Of a DNA stretch of 61,546 bases, positions 46,301 through 55,500 are shown piece after piece. Numbering within the stretch: the stretch's first letter is position 1; the number at the start of each line of letters is the position of its first letter. The stretch spans positions 434,001 to 495,546 of the forward strand of contig JASANG010002125.1 of assembly GCA_030248215.1 (NCBI GenBank), read 5' to 3'. This DNA is from Enoplolaimus lenunculus. Lineage: Eukaryota. The translations under genes were made by a program, and so were the position numbers. Under the pieces are notes generated by a model. The model saw nothing but the letters and a program-made list of their open reading frames with translations, ran no database searches and was not told the DNA's origin.

Positions 46301-49011
46301 AAAACGGTCGAAACAGCATTGTAGGTATTCCTTTCAGCAAATAGCACGCCCATGTATAGAACAGGGCCATAACAGTAGTATAAGCATATTCGTAAGTCTA
46401 AGCTGTAGGTGGCTGTGCCACACTTAAACCTATTTCAAACTAAAAACTAAAACTAAAATAAAACCCTATATCAAAACCACACCTTAAGGGAGTTCCTGGC
46501 TCCACCTAGTCTCTCTTAGAACTTAAGTTAGGCTTAGGCGTTGCTACAAGGCGTAGAAATTGGTAAATCGATGCTATGGCGGCTGTGTCCGCAATGTAAA
46601 CTTACCTGGGGCCCTGCGTGGCCATAGAATGGTATTGATTAATGATGCATATCGAGCCGGCTATATTTGCGTTTAACGACATAGCTAGGCTATGTCAGCA
46701 CCAAAAATGGTGCTTTATACTGTGTGTCTTCGGTATGGTTGTTGTTGTTGTTGTAGTACCGGTTGGGTGGCTCTCGACCTCGACCGCATTGCGGACACCC
46801 AGTTGTGTGTGTCGGCAAAAATGCAAATGAGGTCGAGATGCCGATATGGGTAGCCAGGACCGGAATCAGTTTTGGTGGAGTTTTCTTACAATCTGGTTGG
46901 CGTTTATCTGGTTGGCGACGAGTGTTTAATTTTATATTGCTTTTGAATTTCGGTTGGTGTTTGGAAATTTTACTAAGTAAGGTCGAACGGATTTAAGTTT
47001 AAGTTGTCACGGTGGCTTAATATGTGAAGGAAATCAGGTATCACGGACTTAATCGGCGTTGCGCAGGGCGCAGAAATTACCCAGTATTAGATACTGGTGT
47101 CATGTGCTAAGGGAACTTGGGATATTAAAGGAAACCTGGGGAAAAGTAGTCTAATAAATCTAACGGGGTTAGATTTATTATTCTACAACGGCTGGGCCAA
47201 ATCTAACGGGGTTAGATTGGTCGGAAATTTGGTGTAACTCTAACGGGGTTAGAGTACACGGTTTAACGGGGTGTAATTCTAACGGGGTTAGAATTGCACG
47301 GATTCTGGAAAACGGCAAAAGTATTTGGTACGGTAAAGCCAGTGGCTGGATTAAATCAGATTCAGACGTCGGCTTTAAGGATTCCGGCTCGGGTTACCAG
47401 TTAAATTGCATAACCTGTGATTTGCTGGCCTTAATTTCGGTTATTTTGTGTCCCACAGGTCGCGGGTACCAGTTAAATTACATAACCTGTGATTTGCTGG
47501 CCTTAAATTTGGGAATTTTGTGTGTCATACGGGTTGCGGGTTGGGATTTATAATAAACATTTACCGGCCGCGTTTTACTAAATCAGAGCGAATAGCATAC
47601 ATCGAGAAAAGAACTATACAGGCGATACAGGATACAGGCTTAAGTCTAAATCACGAACTTCTCACATAAGCCTAAGCCTAAGTGTTTGGATGAGCCTATT
47701 CCTAAACCTAAGCCTAAGCAAAAAAATTAGTCTAAAGCTTAAACTGACTCTATTATAGCACCTACGGAAAACGATTCGGTCCTGTTCTATACATGAGCTC
47801 ATAGTAGGGTGTAAACGGAGAGTAAAAATAGCGGAAACCGAATAGTGGTCAAAAGAACAGAAACGGAAAAAGGGATAGCGGTGTATAAATGTTTAAAAGA
47901 TATCATATTTCTGACAATACAACTGAGAAATGAAATGATTCGCCGACCACGCTTTAACATTTTACAGAACAAAAGAGCGAAGACTTTGAGCACGATTTCG
48001 AATGAAAGTTGTTTTTTAATACAACTGAAATGTAGTGACCCGAATAAGAGGGGACTGACATTTATTTTACCGGTCCAAAGGAAATCCCCTGTTGTTCGGT
48101 TACAGACTGTTCGTTTTTTGATTAACAACATTTCAGTTGGACTCAACACCCTTGTTTTTTACATTTTTCCTTTTGGGCAGATCTGACTTGCACATATATG
48201 AGCACTGTAGGTCGTTTTTCCGCTTTGGTATTTTTATGGACTCTAATTAGGTCTTATTTAATGAACATTTTTTAAAATACATGGACGTCTAAGAAAAACA
48301 CTCAGGTTCGTATGCGCGCAATTTTTTTTCAGGACGAACTATATTGCCAATTTGATGACGACGAACAGTTTGTGGAATATTACGACATGATTAAAGATCC
48401 ATATCAACTAGAAAACGCAGCCCAAAGTCTTTCAAAGTCAGCTCAAAAACGGCTCAAAGCTAAACTGTCTGAGTTTAACAAGTGTGCTGGAAATCGGTGT
48501 CGTGAACTAGAAATTGCGAATGTTCTTCAAAAGAACACAGTGCTTATCGCAGAAAATGCGGTGGTTAACACTAAAGAAGGTAAGTGTTTCAGTAAGTAAT
48601 CTACTCGAAAGATGAGCTTTAGTTGAGTTTTTGCTAAAGTCAATTTACATAAAAGGTTAAAATATATTTTCATTCATTTCAGATTAATGATCCCATCCTA
48701 GCTCAATCACACTACGTCTCAAAACCCGACCACTCCCGTTATATACTTACCCATTAGACTGGAGATACAAACCTTTTGTTTGAAATCAGTTACTTTTATA
48801 CGTTTCAGATATTTCCTGATAGTCTTAAAGTTGCTTTTACGTTTCAGATATTTCAAACAGAACGATATTGGCAATGATTACCGGTAGTGGTATTACGGTT
48901 ATTTTGGTACTTGTGGTAGTCCTGATAGTGCTTAAACAGAACTCAGCACACAATGATCACACACGACCGCCCAGAGAAGCTACACAACTGATGACAGAAA
49001 GTTCTTTGTAA
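34152..49011 (+). CDS. GNS: N-acetylglucosamine-6-sulfatase (GNS-type) sulfatase, complete 9-exon gene, about 593 aa with predicted C-terminal transmembrane anchor
   Basis: Exons 34152-34326, 35319-35438, 39785-40096, 42435-42651, 43125-43339, 44056-44187, 46121-46320, 48333-48579, 48848-49011 join in frame. Signal-peptide-like start, [12 protein letters not shown], formylglycine motif [47 protein letters not shown]. No SULF hydrophilic domain. Confidence 0.9.
34975..35172. mobile_element. GCCTAA-repeat MITE (second family), 6-bp-TSD group
   Basis: Flanks ATAGGT/ATAGTT; body matches 23783-23968. Confidence 0.78.
35319..35438 (+). CDS. GNS: Sulfatase exon 2 (catalytic Cys)
   Basis: tttttag|[40 protein letters not shown]|gttaat. 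Confidence 0.94.
35494..38446. mobile_element. TIR element whose interior is a 2.85-kb CTGTCCNN 8-bp satellite, in sulfatase intron 2
   Basis: TIR of about 50 bp, CGGCCCATGTTACGCTG(A/T)GGGCCGTCCCGCTGTCCCGGGACAGTGGGACAG, at both ends; about 350 octamer units inside. Confidence 0.92.
39785..40096 (+). CDS. GNS: Sulfatase exon 3
   Basis: tttcag|[10 protein letters not shown]...[15 protein letters not shown]...[26 protein letters not shown]...DYLTSVI...NNNA|gtatc. Confidence 0.94.
40191..40402. mobile_element. CACTG-ended MITE, second copy
   Basis: Same family as 33383-33600; TSD TA. Confidence 0.83.
40475..40625. mobile_element. GCCTAA-repeat MITE, inverted, 6-bp-TSD group
   Basis: GGACCCATGTAAAGATCAGGGGCGG...TTCTTTAAATTGACCA; flanks CGGGAC/GGGGAC. 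Confidence 0.78.
40673..41106. mobile_element. hAT-like MITE with CCGTT subterminal repeats
   Basis: CAGAGTGTAA...TTATACCCTG; inverted relative of 29288-29667. Confidence 0.75.
42048..42400. mobile_element. Tc1/mariner-like MITE
   Basis: Perfect TIR CTGTAGTGACCCGAATAAGAGG; TA TSD; relatives at 56463-56887 and about 38980-39410, 29968 and 48031. Confidence 0.9.
42435..42651 (+). CDS. GNS: Sulfatase exon 4
   Basis: tttctag|[20 protein letters not shown]...DKHWLIR...ELNY(R)|gttag. Confidence 0.93.
43125..43339 (+). CDS. GNS: Sulfatase exon 5
   Basis: tttcag|[11 protein letters not shown]...[16 protein letters not shown]...[23 protein letters not shown]|gttcg. Confidence 0.92.
44056..44187 (+). 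CDS. GNS: Sulfatase exon 6
   Basis: tttatag|[44 protein letters not shown]|gtaaa. Confidence 0.93.
44863..45011. mobile_element. CACTG-ended MITE, third (shorter) copy
   Basis: Same family; 2-bp TSD CT. Confidence 0.83.
45189..45918. mobile_element. 730-bp non-autonomous TIR element
   Basis: Imperfect TIR of about 45 bp, ATCTATAT(T)ATTAAA.CTGGAA...GTATTTTGGGCA. Confidence 0.75.
46121..46320 (+). CDS. GNS: Sulfatase exon 7
   Basis: ctttag|[67 protein letters not shown]|gtaggt. Confidence 0.92.
47152..47299. repeat. Array of four TCTAAC-GGG-GTTAGA hairpins
   Basis: Identical 15-nt palindromic core, each copy with its own complementary outer arms. Confidence 0.9.
47390..47542 (+). repeat. 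Tandem duplication of about 74 bp
   Basis: CGGGT(T)ACCAGTTAAATT.CATAACCTGTGATTTGCTGGCCTTAA... x2. Confidence 0.85.
48333..48579 (+). CDS. GNS: Sulfatase exon 8
   Basis: ttttcag|[28 protein letters not shown]...[11 protein letters not shown]...VNTKE|gtaagt. Confidence 0.93.
48848..49011 (+). CDS. GNS: Sulfatase last exon: transmembrane helix and cytoplasmic tail
   Basis: gtttcag|[58 protein letters not shown]; correct phase 1. Confidence 0.75.
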
Positions 49012-50963
49012 ATATTTTTGGGTAAATAACTCTGAATATTTGCGTCTTATTAGTCATAAAAAGCAAAAAATAACAATAATCATGGCTCTGCCTCGAAAAC
49101 GACCACACATGAATATTTTCTATTTACATCTTATTTCTAGCTATCGAGCTACGGACTCCCGGGTAAAGGCAATAATCATCGCCACCATCGCAGGGTGAGG
49201 TCATGTTACTTTTGCGGCAGTACCACTTTCTGGTACTACTGCAATAAATTAGGGTTCGATTTTAGACTATTTTCTCGCTTATTAGGCTTTGGGTTAACAC
49301 TTTTACGCTTAGGCCTATGATTAATCTATATATAGTTAAGGACGCAACCGATGCAATGCAGGGTACAAGCGGATGTCTGCCTCCGGCTCCGGTAGGATTT
49401 TTGCCACAGGTTCCGGCAATTTCACTAGTTACATTGTACATGTTTTACAAAATTTATTAGCTTGGCGCGTTTCGTTTTAACTTTTAGCATGATTTTGAGG
49501 AATCGAACATTTGCAGCATATCTGTAATGAAAAATTGCCAGATATATACGTGATTTAGAAATAATTTTGAACATAAAAATAACAGTATTGCCGTTATTTT
49601 TATAACGGAAACAGAAACTAATTTACCGGAAACGGATATCCTGTTACACCCTGGTTCCTCATAAAGGGCTTAGGATAAGGGAATATGTCCTTCTGGACCA
49701 TATTCATTGTCTATAAAGGCAGTGTATAAACAGTGCATAGGGACAACGTAGGCTCCCAAGAGGAAACTTTTTTAAGAATGTGAGTGCATTTCGGAAATGA
49801 CCTATTAATACAAAAAACCATGAAAATTTTACAACTGCAAATTGCCAAAACCTCCGGCAGCAATTCTACTAAAGCTGGGAGGTCGGAGGTTGATCTTTAC
49901 CAACGACAGACCTACCGCTGTATACTGCAATTCAGTCATAGGAACTTGACGTCGAACCCCACAGGCCTTTCACGTTATCTTTTTCCATTTAGATTGCGTA
50001 AATGCGTCCTGGACCAAATTAATTAAGCTCAACACGGAATTTGATTTAATACTCAAACTACACCGCCAGTTGTCACATATATAAGTACAAGCATATATTA
50101 TTATACTCAAGTCTTAAAAGCATATACATACATAGCATTTAACTTAGCCATAGAAAATTGCTGACATAAAAGTTAAAGGTGTGCGGTCCTAACAACTAGA
50201 GCAACACTGGAAAATAAACAAGAGTCCGAAATCGTATAGGATTTGGGCAGCCTCTGGCGAAGCTAAATAAATTTCAATTACATCCTCTTCATTCGGGCCA
50301 GTCAGCACCCGTAATACTTGTTAATCACTGACTATTTGGTATTATTTCGCGTGTAAAGTAGGAGTTGGTCATAGTGCACTTCAATTATTACCTTAACAGA
50401 TATAGTATTAGTTTTTCATCTTTAAATTAACTATACACACAAAATAAATTGTCTTGTATTCAAGAAATATTGCCTGCAATTTAAAGTAATCAAGTTTGCC
50501 TTAGCCGTAATACAGATTCCACTCCAAACATATATATGTCTTGAATTAAAGACTTTTCTTTCTTAAATTTTTCAGAAATATTTGTCTGAAACTTTTCACA
50601 CTTAATGAACGAATAAGACAAATATTTCTCTAAATATTAAACATATATGCCTAAAATACAAGGCAAAGATATACCAGAGAAACCAACTCCGAAATGGGGG
50701 GCTAAAGCTCAATCAAATTCCCTTATTTTACAACCTAAGATACGTCCAAGACGCAAACTTTAGTTTCGACTATTTATATACAGTCTTATGAATATAAACG
50801 GAGCAACTTTCACATACATTAAAATCAGTAATTAATTTTTGAACATAGGACCACTATTTCTTGAAAGAAATATGTCCTAAAATTGGTAACAGCAATTTCT
50901 TAAATAAGACATTTGTTTTAAAAATTTCAGACAAGAATTTCAGAGCCATTTAAGACTATTAAT

Positions 50964-51223
50964 CAGGGTACAACCGGAGGTCTGCCTCCGGTTTCAGGTA
51001 GGCAGAAAATCGACCTCCGGCTCCGCCTCCGGTAGAATTTTTGCCGGAGGTTCCGGCAATTTTGGTAGTAAAATTTTGCATAATTTTGAAAAATTCATGC
51101 TCCGAAATTTCGCATATAATTAGCGTAAAACCAAGCAACTGAACAACATATTGCACATCATTTTTACTCCCTAACTTCGCTTCACCTCCGGCTCCGGTGT
51201 TTTTCACCTTCGGTTGCACCCTG
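50964..51223. mobile_element. hAT-like MITE
   Basis: TIR CAGGGTACAACCG / CGGTTGCACCCTG; same family as 43-383. Confidence 0.82.
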
Positions 51224-52074
51224 GCGTGTAGCTTGTAGCTGCATTAAATACTAATACAATTTTCTCATCACAATACTCTAATCCTTACACTATCCTGGGT
51301 AAACGCGAGCCGGGTGAAAAAATTTTGATATCGATATACCAGCGTATATAAACAATTTCAAAGTGCGAATATAAATTTGTTAATCTTTACCCACCTAACA
51401 TCTATCCGCAAAGCACCTAGCTTCAACGGTGACTGGTGTACTGTGAAATAAAAATATTATGCGGTTATATTTTTATTTGTACTTTTGTTTTTGAAAGTTA
51501 CTAATAAAGTTTTTTGTAACGTAAATCGACCGACTAAATATCACTGCACTGTTTAAATAACGCAATTAACTCAGAAGAAAATGTAAGGGCGGGTTAAAGT
51601 TTGCCCAATTGACTTGATGAGTCACAATTTTATCGGTTCCACTTGGGTTATATATAAACGTGAATGTGGATGAGATTCTTTGCAACTCCAAAACTGGTCG
51701 CGTAAATAAAGTTTTACTGAACTTTCGTGCACAGACAACACAAAGGGCTCACCTTCGCCAGATTTGCGTTCACGTCACGTTCGAAAACATTAAATCATTT
51801 GAAGCCATAACATATGTCTCATCTATTCACACATTTGAACCAGTTCAGGAACAACTCTTGAGCATCACAATATTTAAGTATTGTTTTCCATGCTTTCGGA
51901 AGAATATTTAAGAAACATTCGTTTTTACACTTGCATCCTAGCAAAACTGACTTGAATACTTCTTATTAAACCAGTATTAAATATGGAACGAAATATTTTA
52001 AATAACAATCTTTCATTTACATTACTGGTGGATACAATGGAACCCCACATCGCATCGTACTTGGCCAATAGGTA

Positions 52075-52380
52075 TCAAAAATGAAGTTTATAAAGTTTTA
52101 GTAGTAAAATTGCGGTTGGCTTCCCGCTCAATTCGTTCGAGTTTTCTTCCACTGATACACACCAAAAAACTTCAGACACGGCAAAAATGATACAAAACAC
52201 GGCGCAACCATTTAATCCGTTCATCCATGAACAAGTTACGATCGAAACGACGAGAAGAAAAACGTCGGAGCCTTGATAAGGATATCGCATTTCCTTCAGT
52301 ATCGCATTTGCTTCAGTATCAACTAAGCGCATACCCGGCTATTGGTTTTATTATAGTCAAACCTGTTGCAATATTTGCAA
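52075..52380 (-). pseudogene. Possible degenerate Rho-family small GTPase fragment
   Basis: Pieces in different frames (FDYNKT; RLVDTEANAILKEMRYPYQGSDVFLLVVSIV; ERIKWLRRVLYHFC) echo the Rho order FDNY / LWDTAG..RPLSYP.TDVFL..FS / EKW.PEV.HFC. Has frameshifts, stops and no P-loop. Confidence 0.25.
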
Positions 52381-52443
52381 TACCACTGTTCATGAATCCA
52401 ATTTAATAGTTTGCGACACGGTTGGAAACATCGTGGCCATAAT

Positions 52444-52515
52444 TCATCTTGCAGTTTTGTTCCTATCGCGCTGTTTTTCTTGATTTTTCATATGCCTTGT
52501 AGTGGATTTATTGTG
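52444..52515 (-). CDS. NOL8: NOL8-like candidate last exon
   Basis: gttttag|HNKSTTRHMKNQEKQRDRNKTAR-stop, a basic tail. Rival candidate 53106-53035 gives HFYKARRKYYFLFLAYIRSSQHH-stop. Confidence 0.5.
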   Translation of the reverse strand, partial: HNKSTTRHMKNQEKQRDRNKTAR

Positions 52516-55500
52516 CTAAAACAGAACAAAGTTCATACACTTTTACTAAACTGCAGATTGGATTACACACATGACGCATGTTTATATAAGCTGGGCGAAA
52601 TAGGGCTAGCAATACGGCATATTGAACCTAGAAAAAGGCATATTGAACCTAGCAAAAGCGCAAATTATTTGTTGTTTTCGCGATTTTAGAAACACCACAA
52701 TGCTTGGACAACAAATGTTTTAAAAACCGCTATGATCAAAAGAGAATTATATCTATTTATAAATGATACGAAAGGATGACACACAAGTATAAAAACATTC
52801 GCAAACTGTATTATCAACAAAAAGTTAGAAAAAAAGTGAATCCGGCTTATATGAAAGATGAAATAACTATAGATTTGTCAAACTTCAAATGGTTCGATAA
52901 ATCTGTTTTAGCCAAGCTTTCTTAAATTGAGTTTGTATAGCCATTACATTCTAAACTATTGGGTAATGAGATTCATTAGTAATTCTGGCAGGACAATTTC
53001 AGTAAATTTGTATCGAACTTAGTTTTCTTTAATTTTAATGGTGTTGCGAGGAGCGTATATACGCGAGGAAAAGGAAATAATATTTCCGTCGAGCTTTGTA
53101 GAAATGCTTGAAAAAGGTTTATAAGGTAGCAGAAAAACCTGTAGAGTTAAAAAATTTTCTTGCTTACTGCCATCGCTCGCAAAGAACTTTTAAACGTGGA
53201 CATTTCCTTCAGAAATAAAATCCTGGCTACGCCCCTAGTATTACTCTTAGACGATGTGTTTGCGGAACATTAATAATTAAAATACAAACAATAAAGAATA
53301 CGTCAATGAAAATGCGTTTACCTTAATCAGTGCACAACGATGTTTTTTCCAACGTTTGCGTATAATTTCAATATCATCAGTTCGTCGAAACGTATTGATC
53401 GCAGCTATAGAACTAAGACTTTGGTGTAAACAATATTTTTGAACACAAAATCGCACAATTAAAATTCACTATCAAGTCTAAGTAACGATTGTGGAGACCA
53501 ACCTCCTGCTCCAATGCGAATGTAACGTCTGGTTATGGTTTAAATAAACGGACAAACAAAGAAATCTACTAAAATAATACGGATAAGAAACATCGTGCAG
53601 GGCCTAGCGCAAGTTCTTAAGGTACTTCAGCAAGCGAATGACAGCAGCTGCAAATTTCAAAATATTATTGCAACGAGCTCTGATACGATAGTTACTAACT
53701 AGACCTATCGGCAACTAGTAATAGGCGCTAGACACATTTCAGAACAACAAATGGACATCAGTTATTAATTACCTTTAAGCCTTGGATCGTCCTCTTCAAA
53801 GAATATTCCGTTGCAATTCAAGTTTTTCACGTTTTGCTCAGGTTTGCTGAAATAACGATAGATATGTTTTCTTCCCGATCACTCACCTTTTTGCTGTTTG
53901 CTGTTCAACGCTTTGAAACAAAAATATTTCCCTACCTGCTTAGTTCGTATAGTCACCAAATTGCCAGCATTAGTTGGCTTAATTCCAATTGGTACTTACA
54001 CGATAACCGGATTCGTTATGGGTTTATCGTATCATTCCCTGCCAGTCGTTCCCGAGCCTTGGAATAAAATGCATGCAAATTAAACAGCACAAGGTTTCTC
54101 AAAACAAAAAAGTATTCAGAATTACGAAAGCCCAAATCAAAAATTACAAATTTTGTAAATCCAAGGTATGGCAGAAGCGGAGAACACACAAAAATAAATT
54201 ATGTCTGTATAATGCCGCCGGACTATTTGTAATGAATATTTGACCAATGATATATTGTGGTGTGTAACAGTAGTAAAACATATACTTAATCCATAGCCGC
54301 AGCGTAAGAATAAGACCATAAGTAAGCCTAGACCTAAGCCAAGGTGCAATCAGAATTTTGGTTCCGATAGACAAATCCCGTATTCTTCGCTATCCGGTCC
54401 CGGTACTATATTCATTATTTTCACCGGAATTTTCCTATACTATCGGTATTGAAAAGTTTTTTATTACTGAAAATCAAAGAAACTGGCATATCCAACTCAT
54501 TTTTTAAAATTTGCCAAGTGTGTATCGCGTATTTTGCAATTCCGACTCAGTCTAAGCAAAACAAATTAGCATAAAGCTTAAGCTTACTCCATTGCAGTCC
54601 CGCTGAAAAATGGTACGTCCCTCAAAGTAACAGGGGCCGAAAATTAAATAACCTTTCCAAATTTTCACCCATTATGCTGTCGACATCGCTTGTATCCGAG
54701 CTGTCATTTGAACCCTTGCCGCTTTGTAGAAGCTCCAACTGCCATGCAGGAAGTTTTGTGCAAACATTTGTCGTCTGCGGTGCAGTTTCATTTTCGTCCG
54801 GCTTTGCTGAAATTTTCACTCTTGAAACGGTGCAGTATTCTTACTATGTAAATTAACTTCCTTGCATCAATTAAAGCTTTAAACTTGGAGATAGTCTGAT
54901 TTTGTGCAGAATACTAAAACCTATGAAGTCAACCGGCTAAGTTTTAAAGTAAAAAATTAAGCTTAAACCAAACCGAAAATCGGTGGCACCAAAGAGTGCC
55001 TAAAGATGTATGACAAACCGATTTTAATAGCACAACCGGATAGTGAAACAGATGCTATTACTTTCCGCTCCGGTCAACTAAAAACGCAGTTATTGACAGA
55101 AAAACTTAGAAACATACCGCCAAAGTAAGAATAAACTTGTAACTAACCTTGACAATCTTTACGACCAAGAAGTTTTAGCACGCTGAAGCTTCCAGCAGTT
55201 CCAGACACATCATGTGTTGTTTCTTCTTCGCAACGGACTGCTTGATTCGATTTAGCTTTACGTTTCATTTCTTCAAGAAATGTTCGCTCCACACGATAAA
55301 ATCGATCTTTGCTCAACGTTTCGACTTGAACGCTAGTTTCTGCAGAATTTAACATGGCAGCACCCTTATGAGAGAGTTCATCGCTAAAAATAACAGTAAA
55401 GAAGCCATAGCAAAATTTCCAAACCATTGAAGTCGTTTTGACATTTTCAAGAAGAGTAATCTTAGCTTATAAGCCAATCGTAACATTAGCAACGCTTTAA

